Positions 42,583 to 51,718 of a DNA stretch of 55,553 nucleotides are shown here, one piece after another; the first letter of the stretch is position 1, and the number at the start of each line of letters is the position of its first letter. The notes under the pieces were generated by a model, which worked only from the letters and a program-made list of their open reading frames with translations, was not told the origin of the DNA and ran no database searches. This stretch comes from a virus, in the IMG/VR virus record IMGVR_UViG_3300045988_070589; one strand, given 5' to 3'. Position numbers and translations under genes: made by a program.

Positions 42583-43446
42583 ATGAGGATCCTGATAGTT
42601 GGACACGGGGTAGTAGGGAAGAACCTGGAGAAGGAACTGGAAGTGCTGCACCCGGAAGTCATAGACAAATATAAACCGGAAGAGAACAAAATTGAAGTTC
42701 CCTACGGAGTCCGTTACGATATTGCATTTATTTGTGTGGACACACCGATCCGAAAGGAAGAGAGAGTGCTATGCGATACCTCAGAGGTAAAAAATGCGAT
42801 CATGGAGAATGAAGCGGAGATCTACGTGATTAAGAGCACAGTATCTCCAGGAACCACGGAACAACTCCGGGTAAAAACCGGAAAGAGAATCATATTCAGC
42901 CCGGAATACTACGGAGGTACGCAGCATTGCAACAACTTTCGCTTCGACTTTACAATCCTGGGAGGAGAGAGAAAGGCTTGCATTGAAGTCATCCAGGCTT
43001 TACAGCATGTATACGATGCCAGACACCAGTTTAGGATAACGGACAGTAGAACGGCAGAATTAACAAAATACATGGAGAACTCTTTTCTGGCAACAAAAGT
43101 TTCCTTTTGCCAGCAATTCTATTTTATCGCTTCTGAAATGGATGTAGACTATGAGGAATTGAGAGAGTTGTTCGTGCTGGATCCAAGAGTAAACCCTTCT
43201 CATACATTCGTTGATCGGCTGCATCCGTACTGGAGTAGCCATTGCCTGGATAAGGATGTGCCAGCTATTGCAGACACATATGAAGCTTCACTACTCCAGG
43301 AAATTATCAAGTTCAATGAGAATACAAAGAAATGTTTGGGGATCATCAGGAAAGCAGAGATCCCGGAAGGGATAAAAAACGATATGCTCATGTACCAGGC
43401 AGGAGTAAGGAGAAAAGAGATCCTGAAAGACCAGGAAACACCGTAA
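42583..43446 (+). CDS. UDP-glucose/GDP-mannose dehydrogenase-family protein (short form)
   Basis: MRILIVGHGVVGKNL (Rossmann fold), …FICVDTP…, …VIKSTVSPGTT…, …AELTKYMENSFLATKVSF…, and a catalytic-Cys-like motif SSHCLDKD. Lacks the usual C-terminal domain. Confidence 0.65.
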   Translation: MRILIVGHGVVGKNLEKELEVLHPEVIDKYKPEENKIEVPYGVRYDIAFICVDTPIRKEERVLCDTSEVKNAIMENEAEIYVIKSTVSPGTTEQLRVKTGKRIIFSPEYYGGTQHCNNFRFDFTILGGERKACIEVIQALQHVYDARHQFRITDSRTAELTKYMENSFLATKVSFCQQFYFIASEMDVDYEELRELFVLDPRVNPSHTFVDRLHPYWSSHCLDKDVPAIADTYEASLLQEIIKFNENTKKCLGIIRKAEIPEGIKNDMLMYQAGVRRKEILKDQETP

Positions 43447-43489
43447 AATCAGGGTTTTGTGAACATTTCGTTAAATTGCAGTATACGCC

Positions 43490-43518
43490 TTTACATCGGT
43501 TTTTCTGTACGCTACAAT
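43490..43518 (+). promoter_or_regulatory. SigA-type promoter
   Basis: ACGCCTTTACA (-35 at 43490-95), 17 nt, TACAAT (43513-18). Confidence 0.55.
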
Positions 43519-43542
43519 AAAAGAAAAGGTAGGTAACAGAAT

Positions 43543-44106
43543 ATGGGATATGATTTGAGAACACAGAGAGGCTACGATTTTTACTTAGTATCTTCATCAT
43601 TGCAGAAAGCAATCAGAAGAGGAGACGTCAGATGTGCAGGATATTTTGCACTGGAACTTTTCCCAAAGTACAGCGAGTATTGTTGGAAGAGATTACTGAC
43701 AGTATCAGCGGAAGATTGCTACGGCCCGATCACAAAAGAGATCATGGCACTGTACGAAGGATTCAAGATAGTAAACAAGGGAAAGAGAGGGGATCAGCTC
43801 GGAGGAAGAATATTTATTTCCAAAGCGGTCATTTTATTATGCACTCAGCCACACAGTAGAGATGCGGATGTGCTTTCCAATTTCGTTTACGATCGGAAAA
43901 GAGGGCTCACAGACGATCAGATCAACGCCTACATGGAAGAGGCAAGAAATGAAAACATTCCGATTCCTGATTATGCGTATGACGTACATACACGCCAGGG
44001 AAAAATGAAAGGCAAGACAAAGGCAGATTTCTTCATAGAAGAGGATCAGTCACTTGCATACAGACAGCTTTCCCTTTTTGATGATATCAACATAGGCGTG
44101 ATGTAA
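43543..44106 (+). CDS. MgsA_C-like (AAA-associated helical) domain protein
   Basis: …YDFYLVSSSLQKAIRRGDVRCAGYFALELFPKYSEYCWKRLLTVSAEDCYGP… parallels the MgsA/WRNIP C-terminal domain pattern. No ATPase domain is present. Confidence 0.4.
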   Translation: MGYDLRTQRGYDFYLVSSSLQKAIRRGDVRCAGYFALELFPKYSEYCWKRLLTVSAEDCYGPITKEIMALYEGFKIVNKGKRGDQLGGRIFISKAVILLCTQPHSRDADVLSNFVYDRKRGLTDDQINAYMEEARNENIPIPDYAYDVHTRQGKMKGKTKADFFIEEDQSLAYRQLSLFDDINIGVM

Positions 44107-44173
44107 AGCCGAGAGGCGGCAGGGAGGCGGAGCCGAGATCCTGCACCCACAATAGAACACAAAAGCAAATGAG

Positions 44174-44208
44174 AGGCATTTCCGGACACCCGGAGGTGCC
44201 TTTTTCGT
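44174..44208 (+). terminator. Intrinsic terminator immediately upstream of the terminase gene
   Basis: 12-bp stem AGGCATTTCCGG / CCGGAGGTGCCT (2 G-U pairs), loop ACAC, then TTTTCGTT. Confidence 0.7.
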
Positions 44209-44229
44209 TCCTCAGAAATATAACAAAAG

Positions 44230-46089
44230 TTGGTAGGTGGTGATGTGTCAAATGAGGAAAACTTAATACAAAACAGAACGGATATAACTCCGGAACAACG
44301 CCGTGCCAACGCACGGAAAGCTGGTCTTGCGTCAGCGGCTGCTAAGAAGCGGAGAAAGAACATGAAAAACTCCATGCAAGAGCTTCTGAACATGGAAATT
44401 ACACCAGCAATGAAAGCCCAGATGCAAAGCCTGGGACTTCTGGACTGCGATTGGACGTATGCTGACTGGATCAACGTATGTGCGATGCAACAAGCCATGA
44501 AGGGAAATGTCCGGGCGATGGAGTTCATTCGTGATACTGCCGGATTTAATCCGGAGCTTGCACTGAAAGAGCAAATGTTCGAGTACGAGAAACAGAAAGA
44601 ACAGGGTGCGGCGGTCGAGATCGAGGATATCTCAGATGTCCTGGCTCTGATTCACGGGTACAGCGCATGGGAAGAGATCCTGAACGATGGTGTAGTTTGT
44701 ATGCCGATCAAGACCATCACTTACAATTTCGGTCAGAAACATCTGGATTATATCAAGAAGTGTCACTATAACACCTACAATATCGCTGAGGGTGCTGTTC
44801 GTGCCGGAAAGACGGTAGATAATGTTATTGCTTTCGCTTATGAATTGTGCCGTGCTCCGGATAAATTCCACCTTGCCACCGGATCCACGATGGCGAATGC
44901 AAAATTGAATATAGGCGATGCCAACGGCTTTGGACTTGAGTATATCTTCCGGGGACAATGCCGATGGAGTAAGTATAAAGACAATGACTGTCTGATTATT
45001 CGAGGTCCATACACGAACTTTGAAGAAAAGGTAGTTATTTTTGCTGGTGGTAAATCATCGGACAGCTACAAGAAGATCCGTGGTAACTCATACGGTATGT
45101 GGATTGCTACAGAGATCAACTTGCACCACGATAACACCATAAAAGAGGCGTTCAACCGACAGTTAGCCGCTAAGAAGATCAAGATATTCTGGGATCTGAA
45201 CCCTGAGCACCCGAAAGCTCCGATCTATGTTGATTATCTGGATAAGTGGGAAGAGAAGAACCGGAAAGGAACGCTTGTAGGTGGTTACAATTACGAACAC
45301 TTTACCATTTTTGACAATATCAACATTACCCAGGAACGTATTGACGAGATCATCAGCCGATACGATCCAGGAAGTATCTGGTACATCCGGGATATTGAAG
45401 GAAAACGAAGCATTGCAGAAGGCTTGATTTACGCTAAATTAGCCACTTCGATAGCAGCCAGGGATAACAAATACCTTATGCCTAAGAAAGAAGCCCAGAA
45501 ATTGGCAAAACAAGGCGGATTCGCACGAATAAATATCGGCGTGGACTTCGGTGGAAACGGATCTGGGCATTCTTTCGTTGCAATCGGAGAGACAGTTGGA
45601 TTCGAGAAACTGATCGTCTTGAAAAGCAAACGATACCTGGAGGGATCTATTGATCCGGAAACCCAGAAGAGAGTAGCGGAGATTGATCCGGAAGATCTTG
45701 GCAAGCTGTTTGTGAAGTTCGTAAACGAGATCCTGAAAGATTATGGATATATCACGAAGGTATATGCAGATTCCGCAGAACAGGTTCTGATCCGTGGATT
45801 GAAAACAGCATTGCTAAAGAATGGACTTGCAACTATCAAGGTCGTAAATGCTTTGAAATCAAAAATCAATGATCGAATATTCGCCACAACCGCCCTTACT
45901 GCTATGGGGCGGCTTTATTATACCGAGGAATGTGAGACATTCCAGGAAGCTGTCAGTATGGCAGTGTGGAACCCTAAGAATATTGATCTGGAAAGATTGG
46001 ACGATGGTACGTCCGATATTGATACACTGGATGCCTTTGAGTACACCTGGGAAAGAGATATAGGCAAATACATCAAGAAAGCCACATAG
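44230..46089 (+). CDS. Terminase: TerS-like N-terminal region fused in frame to a large subunit (PBSX-type TerL)
   Basis: 619 aa. The N-terminal ~115 aa (…TPEQRRANARKAGLASAAAKKRRKNMKNSMQELL…AMKGNVRAMEFIRDTAGFNPE) resembles small-terminase proteins. Then Walker A AEGAVRAGKT and a TerL body. The start is TTG 44230 or GTG 44245. Confidence 0.8.
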   Translation: MVGGDVSNEENLIQNRTDITPEQRRANARKAGLASAAAKKRRKNMKNSMQELLNMEITPAMKAQMQSLGLLDCDWTYADWINVCAMQQAMKGNVRAMEFIRDTAGFNPELALKEQMFEYEKQKEQGAAVEIEDISDVLALIHGYSAWEEILNDGVVCMPIKTITYNFGQKHLDYIKKCHYNTYNIAEGAVRAGKTVDNVIAFAYELCRAPDKFHLATGSTMANAKLNIGDANGFGLEYIFRGQCRWSKYKDNDCLIIRGPYTNFEEKVVIFAGGKSSDSYKKIRGNSYGMWIATEINLHHDNTIKEAFNRQLAAKKIKIFWDLNPEHPKAPIYVDYLDKWEEKNRKGTLVGGYNYEHFTIFDNINITQERIDEIISRYDPGSIWYIRDIEGKRSIAEGLIYAKLATSIAARDNKYLMPKKEAQKLAKQGGFARINIGVDFGGNGSGHSFVAIGETVGFEKLIVLKSKRYLEGSIDPETQKRVAEIDPEDLGKLFVKFVNEILKDYGYITKVYADSAEQVLIRGLKTALLKNGLATIKVVNALKSKINDRIFATTALTAMGRLYYTEECETFQEAVSMAVWNPKNIDLERLDDGTSDIDTLDAFEYTWERDIGKYIKKAT

Positions 46090-46102
46090 GAGGTGGAAAC
46101 AG

Positions 46103-47554
46103 TTGGCTATTACAGATTTTTTAAGGAGGGTGGTAGGAAAGATGTTTCCGAAGCAGAATTTGGAACGGAAGCTAAATGTGCAGATAGCAACATCCGGAGT
46201 AATGGATAATGCTATTTCCTTATGGCTTCAAATGTATGAAAATAAGCCCCCGTGGATGGGAGGCGAAGCGGACACCAGGACAATGAACCTTCCGGCTGCA
46301 ATCGCAGAGGAGTTCTCCAGACTGATCCTGACAGAGTTTGAGTTCAAGTTGGAGGGGAGTGCGAGAGCTGATTTCCTCAACGATCAATTCCAGAACTACC
46401 TCAGCAATTTTGACAACATCGTAGAAATGTGGGCAGCCCTTGGAGGAATTGCGATAAAGCCGTATGTTTCCGGATCGGATCCATTAACCGGGAAGCCAGA
46501 CAAGATCCAGTTGGATTTTATTCAGGCGAACAGATTCTATCCAACAGCATTCAACAGCAACAAAGAGATCACGGGAGCTGTCTTTATTGATTCTAAACGT
46601 GTTGGAGATTACCTCTATACACGCCTGGAGCATCACAACCTGGAGGGGGATCACTACACAGTAGTAAATAAGGCATACAGATCTGAGAGGCTAAACACGA
46701 TGACAACCGAGGACGATCAGATCAGCGTGGAGCACCCATTCATGCAGGAGGTTCCATTGGAGACAATCGAAGAATGGGCTGGACTGGAGCCGGTAACGGA
46801 AATGGACGGGATCGAAAGACCGTTCTTTTTGTATGTAAAGGTTCCGAGAGCGAACAACATTGATCCTCATTCCCCACTGGGAGCATCGTCCTATTCCAGA
46901 GCAGTTGAAGTGATCCAGGAGGCAGATATCCAGTATTCCCGGATCCTTTGGGAGTACGAAGCAAAAGAGGCTGCTATTGATGCATCACAAGATATCTTCG
47001 ATATTGACAAGAACGCACAGCCGATCCTTCCGAGAGGACGTGAGCGATTGTTCCGTACCTACGATATGGAGGGAAAGAACAATAACGCTATGATCCAGCC
47101 TTACAGCCCAGATATCCGGGATAGTTCCATGTTCAAGGGGCTAGATGAATTACTCAGGAGAGTAGAGTTTTTGTGTGGGCTTGCATACGGGACATTATCC
47201 AACCCGAACCAGGTTGACAAGACAGCTACAGAGATCAAGGCGTCAAAACAAAGATCCTATACAACGGTCAGCAACATGCAGAAAGCCTGGGATAATGGAT
47301 TAAATAGTCTGATTGAAATTATGAACACGCTATGCGATCTGTACGGAATCACTCCGGCTGGAGAGATCCAGAAGCTGTGCTCCTGGGGGGATGGCGTTCT
47401 GGAAGATACTGAGGTTGAGTATCAGAGACGATGGTCCATGGTGCTTGCTGGCAAATTAAAGATTGAGAAATTCTATGCGTGGTACTTCGGTTGTACCGAG
47501 GAGGAAGCAAAAGAATACATCCCGGAGGAAAACACATATCCGCCGGAAGAGTAG
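46103..47554 (+). CDS. Portal protein (SPP1 gp6-like)
   Basis: 483 aa, directly after the terminase. TTG 46103 after GGAGGTGG (alternative ATG 46141). Confidence 0.8.
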   Translation: MAITDFLRRVVGKMFPKQNLERKLNVQIATSGVMDNAISLWLQMYENKPPWMGGEADTRTMNLPAAIAEEFSRLILTEFEFKLEGSARADFLNDQFQNYLSNFDNIVEMWAALGGIAIKPYVSGSDPLTGKPDKIQLDFIQANRFYPTAFNSNKEITGAVFIDSKRVGDYLYTRLEHHNLEGDHYTVVNKAYRSERLNTMTTEDDQISVEHPFMQEVPLETIEEWAGLEPVTEMDGIERPFFLYVKVPRANNIDPHSPLGASSYSRAVEVIQEADIQYSRILWEYEAKEAAIDASQDIFDIDKNAQPILPRGRERLFRTYDMEGKNNNAMIQPYSPDIRDSSMFKGLDELLRRVEFLCGLAYGTLSNPNQVDKTATEIKASKQRSYTTVSNMQKAWDNGLNSLIEIMNTLCDLYGITPAGEIQKLCSWGDGVLEDTEVEYQRRWSMVLAGKLKIEKFYAWYFGCTEEEAKEYIPEENTYPPEE

Positions 47555-47563
47555 GAGGAGAAT

Positions 47564-47731
47564 ATGGCAATGATAGGTAGTCCGGACAATGTTCCGGATT
47601 TTCTTATGTCCGTCCACCAGTGCCGGGACTGTGAAACAGATCCACCAGAGTGTACGGATGAAATAAAAAGGACATGCCCTTTTTACCATATCCGGAATGA
47701 TCCGGAAGATCAGGAAAATGGCACATGCTGA
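47564..47731 (+). CDS. Small Cys-rich protein (55 aa; below the ORF-track cutoff)
   Basis: ATG 47564 after AGGAGGAG. Reads …HQCRDCETDPPECTDEIKRTCPFYH… Its stop overlaps the next start. Confidence 0.45.
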   Translation: MAMIGSPDNVPDFLMSVHQCRDCETDPPECTDEIKRTCPFYHIRNDPEDQENGTC

Positions 47732-48954
47732 CACCAGAGTATCTGAACTCATGCACTGATTATCTGCTTGGCATGTATGACGCACTGAATCAGTCCATTG
47801 CGGAAGATATTGCACGTAGGATTGTAAAGACCGGAAAAATGACGGATAGTGCGAAATGGCAGGTAAAACAGCTCAGAGAGAATGGAGAACTGATGCAGGA
47901 CATCGTGAAGGACGTTGCTAGGATATCCGGAAAGTCACAGAATGAGGTAAAAAGACTTTTCCAGGATTCTGCACGAACCGGGGTGCGATATGATGCACAA
48001 CCACTTCTGAAAGCTGGTTATGATATCAACCTGAAATTATCTCCGGCAATGAACCAGGTGTTAGAGGCTGCCATTGCAAAGACGAATGGCAATATACGCA
48101 ACCTGACAATGACAACCGGATCCACCACAGGAGGCTTATATCTGGAGGCAACCAACCTTGCCTATATGAAAGCAACTTCTGGCGGATTTTCGTACTATGA
48201 GGCGATCAGAGAGGCAATCAAACAAGCTGCTAAAGATGGTGGGTACGTGTTGTATGGGAAGGGAAACAGATCACAGCTTGACGTAGCGATCCGGAGATCT
48301 GTATTAACCGGACTGAATCAGACAGCCGGGAAGCTGACAGAATTATATGCTGAGGACATGGACGTGGAATATTACGAAACCACAGCTCATGCCGGGGCGA
48401 GACCTTCTCATGCTGAATGGCAAGGGAGGGTTTTTAAGATTCACGGATCATCTCCGGATTATCCCAATTTCGTAGATTCTACCGGGTACGGATCAGGATC
48501 CGGACTATGCGGCTGGAACTGCCGACACAGCTTCTATCCATACTGGCCGGGAATATCCAGTCCAGCATACTCGAAAGAGAGGCTGGCAGAATATGACCGG
48601 GCGAAATACTCATACAACGGCGATATACTGACAGATTATGAGTGTTCACAGATCCAGAGAGCGTATGAAAGAGAGATCCGAGAGATCAAACGTATTCTTT
48701 CCAGCTACGATGCGGCAATGCAGGAATCACGAAGCGAAGCACAGATCCAGTGCATCCAGGAAGATTTTACATCGGAGAGCGTGAAGCTGAAAAAGAAAGA
48801 GAGGGAGTTGAAAAACTTCTGCAATGACACCAACCGGAGCTATGACAGTGCCAGAACCCAAGTGGTAGCATACAAAGATAGTGAAGGAAGGATTGTCAAT
48901 TTTGGAAGATCCACGGCTCAAAAGGCTGTATGGGCGAATAAAAAATCAAATTAG
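47725..48954 (+). CDS. Minor head protein, MuF/SPP1 gp7-like
   Basis: …YYETTAHAGARPSHAEWQGRVF…CGWNCRHSF… Positioned after the portal gene. Confidence 0.75.
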   Translation: MLTPEYLNSCTDYLLGMYDALNQSIAEDIARRIVKTGKMTDSAKWQVKQLRENGELMQDIVKDVARISGKSQNEVKRLFQDSARTGVRYDAQPLLKAGYDINLKLSPAMNQVLEAAIAKTNGNIRNLTMTTGSTTGGLYLEATNLAYMKATSGGFSYYEAIREAIKQAAKDGGYVLYGKGNRSQLDVAIRRSVLTGLNQTAGKLTELYAEDMDVEYYETTAHAGARPSHAEWQGRVFKIHGSSPDYPNFVDSTGYGSGSGLCGWNCRHSFYPYWPGISSPAYSKERLAEYDRAKYSYNGDILTDYECSQIQRAYEREIREIKRILSSYDAAMQESRSEAQIQCIQEDFTSESVKLKKKERELKNFCNDTNRSYDSARTQVVAYKDSEGRIVNFGRSTAQKAVWANKKSN

Positions 48955-48968
48955 GAGGTACATGTAAC

Positions 48969-49661
48969 ATGAAGAAAGAAGATCTGTTTAAGCAGTGGGA
49001 GGAGCTGAAAGCAAAGGAAGAGGATATTGATTGCATTATCCTTTATATTCACATGCCGACTGGCGAAGAGGAAGTGATCGTCAATCCGAATGTGGTTGAT
49101 AAGATGCAGTATATAGGCAAGACGTACAATGATGATCTGATTCACGCAAACTGCAAAGATATTTATATCACAGACGTTATTTTCTCCGTGAATGATGATT
49201 CCTGCATGGACTTTGAAGAGGCTCTTGCGTTGATGAAAGAGGGGCACAAGGTAAAACTTCCTTCCTGGGGAGGCTACTGGAGCTGGGATCAGGAAAAAGA
49301 GACGGTTATTATGCACACGAAAGATGGCGAAGATCTGGATATCAGAGAAACACAGAGAGTTGGCTACACTCTGGAGAATATTCTTTCTGATGAATGGCAG
49401 ATTGCTAACGAGGAGAATTGTCCTCAGCTTGGTGGAGAGGCTACATTCTCTTTTGGTTTTGCGATCAAATATCTGAGGAGAGGATTTAAAGTTGCCCGTA
49501 AAGGGTGGAACAGGAAGAAACAGTACATCCAGCTTGCCACCGGTATTTCCTACAAGACGGCGGATGGAGATATCGTGAATTGCGAACATGATGCCATCGG
49601 AAACATGGCTATTGCGTTCTGTGGAACATCTGGTGTTCAGATGGGATGGTTAGCATCTTAG
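48969..49661 (+). CDS. Tandem DUF2829 (Tad2-like) domain protein, ended by an in-frame TAG inside the second domain
   Basis: Domain 1: …FEEALALMKEGHKVKLPSWGGYW…ILSDEWQI. Domain 2: …FGFAIKYLRRGFKVARKGWNRKKQYIQL…GWLAS, then TAG. The next 22 codons (to 49727) read ADMLADDWMFVEEENNDSSKY. Confidence 0.6.
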   Translation: MKKEDLFKQWEELKAKEEDIDCIILYIHMPTGEEEVIVNPNVVDKMQYIGKTYNDDLIHANCKDIYITDVIFSVNDDSCMDFEEALALMKEGHKVKLPSWGGYWSWDQEKETVIMHTKDGEDLDIRETQRVGYTLENILSDEWQIANEENCPQLGGEATFSFGFAIKYLRRGFKVARKGWNRKKQYIQLATGISYKTADGDIVNCEHDAIGNMAIAFCGTSGVQMGWLAS

Positions 49662-50025
49662 GCAGACATGCTGGCTGATGACTGGATGTTTGTTGAGGAG
49701 GAAAACAACGACAGTTCCAAATATTAGAAAGGCGGTGATCCTGATATCTCCCACCTATGGGTTAAATAGGAGGCGGATATAGGCGATCAGCGGTAAGAAT
49801 GGAGAAATACTCACACAATGGAATAAAAGGTGTGCATGAGGCTATACGAAGCTCTCAGGTATGCTTTACGCAGAGGGATTGTCAATAAAAGGCAATCCTT
49901 TTGCTTTGCCCTGGAGGTATGGCATATAAACTACTCGGTTCCCCATCGTGCCGGGATATAAATGCACGATAGCAGAGCCGGAGTGAACCGGAATCTAAAT
50001 GAAATCAGCGAAGAAAGGAAGGTAA

Positions 50026-50739
50026 GTGACAATGGCTTACGATTTTTTGAAGAAACTTTTTAAGAAGGACGAAAACGGAGCGATCATTCCCATGACTGCC
50101 GAGGAACTGGAGGCTGCCATTGATGCAGATAAAAACATCAAGATAGTAGATCTGTCAGCTGGCGGTTATATCGCAAAGGACAAATTCGATGCGAAAGAAA
50201 CTGAGCTCAAGGGAGTGAAAAAGCAGTTGGAAGATGCCAACACCCAGATTAAATCATTTGAGGATCAGGACGTTGACGGAATCAAGAAAAAGGTTTCTGA
50301 GTGGGAACAGAAGTATAACACCGATACTCAGGCACTGAGAGACCAGATGGCAGCTCAGAGCAGATCCCACGCTGAGGATATGTTCCTCTCTGGATATAAG
50401 TTCACATCAAAAGCCGCAAGAAAAGGCGTACTGGACGAACTGAGATCCAAGAAATTCCAGTTGGATGACAACGGAACATTCCTGGGAGCAAAAGAGTTCA
50501 TGGATTCCCTTATGGGGGACGAGGACTACAAAGGTGCATTCGTAACCGAAAACAAGGATGGCGGTGCTGGATCCGGTGCCGAAGGTGGCAACGGAGGATC
50601 CGGAGCAGGTGCCGGAGGTCAGGGCGGAAATCCACCGAGATTTTCTGCCGGAGCAAACGGAGGAACACCAGCCGGAGGAAATCAGAACCCATTCCTGAAC
50701 ATGGGCTTTAACAGATTAAGACAGCCTAAAGAAAATTAA
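50026..50739 (+). CDS. Scaffolding protein (GP20-like)
   Basis: 237 aa coiled coil with a Gly-rich C-terminus. Immediately upstream of the major capsid gene. Confidence 0.65.
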   Translation: MTMAYDFLKKLFKKDENGAIIPMTAEELEAAIDADKNIKIVDLSAGGYIAKDKFDAKETELKGVKKQLEDANTQIKSFEDQDVDGIKKKVSEWEQKYNTDTQALRDQMAAQSRSHAEDMFLSGYKFTSKAARKGVLDELRSKKFQLDDNGTFLGAKEFMDSLMGDEDYKGAFVTENKDGGAGSGAEGGNGGSGAGAGGQGGNPPRFSAGANGGTPAGGNQNPFLNMGFNRLRQPKEN

Positions 50740-50754
50740 GGAGGATAACAGAAT

Positions 50755-51654
50755 ATGGCAGCTTTAAATTATGCTAAAGAATATCAGCAGGCACTGGAGC
50801 AGGAGTTCCCTTATGTACTCTACTTCGGTGCTCTTTTTGCAACACCGAACAACGGAAGATACCGCTGGGTAAACTCAAACGTGATTGAGATCCCGACTAT
50901 CACTACAACCGGACGTGTGGACGGAGACAGAGACACAATCGGTCAGAAGAAACGTAACTACAACAACTCCTGGACACCACTCCAGGTAACTAACCACAGA
51001 ACATGGAGCACTTTGGTTCATCCTCGTGATATCCAGGAAACAAACCAGGTAGCTTCCATTGCGAACATTACAAGAGTGTTCAATGAGGAGCAGAAGTTCC
51101 CAGAAATGAACTGCTATCTCATTTCCAAACTGTATGCGGATTACACTGCAAAGAGCAATACAGCAGATCAGACAGTCCTCACAACGGATAATGTCCTTGA
51201 CGTATTCGATAAGATGATGACTGCAATGGACAATGCGAGAGTTCCGAGAGCTGGACGTATTCTCTACGTTACTCCGGATGTCCGTACTCTCATTACCAAT
51301 GCAAAGGCTATCGTCAAGACTATTGACGTGTCTAAGAGATCTGAAGCATTAAAGAGAGCAATCACATCCATTGATGAAGTGGAGATCCCGGATAGTGTAC
51401 CTACTGACATGATGAAAACTGCATACGACTTTACAGAGGGTTGGGAACCTGATTCTACAGCAGATCAGATCAACATGTGCCTGGTGCATCCACTGGCAGT
51501 CATCACACCTATAAACTATGAGTTCGCACAGCTGGATCCTCCGTCTGCTGGATCTGAGGGTAAGTGGGAATACTTCGAGGAATCCTTTGAGGACGCATTC
51601 TTACTTCCGAATAAGGTTAATGCAATCGCATTCAACATTACAAAACACGCATAA
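50755..51654 (+). CDS. Major capsid protein
   Basis: 299 aa. MAALNYAKEYQQALEQEFPYVLYFGALFATPNNGRY… is typical of a Firmicutes siphovirus capsid family. Strong RBS. Confidence 0.8.
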   Translation: MAALNYAKEYQQALEQEFPYVLYFGALFATPNNGRYRWVNSNVIEIPTITTTGRVDGDRDTIGQKKRNYNNSWTPLQVTNHRTWSTLVHPRDIQETNQVASIANITRVFNEEQKFPEMNCYLISKLYADYTAKSNTADQTVLTTDNVLDVFDKMMTAMDNARVPRAGRILYVTPDVRTLITNAKAIVKTIDVSKRSEALKRAITSIDEVEIPDSVPTDMMKTAYDFTEGWEPDSTADQINMCLVHPLAVITPINYEFAQLDPPSAGSEGKWEYFEESFEDAFLLPNKVNAIAFNITKHA

Positions 51655-51718
51655 TTTGAACCATGTTTGTTATGGGAGAGAGCCAGAAATGGCTCTTTTC
51701 CCGTAGAAAGGAGAAATA

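Noticed and set aside
49659-49661. Genome-wide TAG-to-Gln stop-codon reassignment, as seen in some gut phages.
   Set aside because: Many well-delimited genes end at TAG with the next gene's RBS and start immediately after (for example 7586-88, 8960-62, 12950-52, 13605-07, 19396-98 and 27132-34). TAG therefore functions as a stop generally. Only the DUF2829 ORF shows an in-frame TAG with a domain continuation.
49662-50025. A tRNA (for example an amber suppressor) or other RNA gene in the 364-bp gap before the scaffold gene. The other intergenic gaps (16577-17349, 40215-40340 and 44107-44229) were also checked.
   Set aside because: I could recognise no cloverleaf-compatible sequence, and no T-loop GTTCGAATC-like or D-loop motifs. 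Only short hairpins, a weak terminator-like stem (49875-49905) and a possible promoter are present. A tRNAscan run would be needed to be sure.
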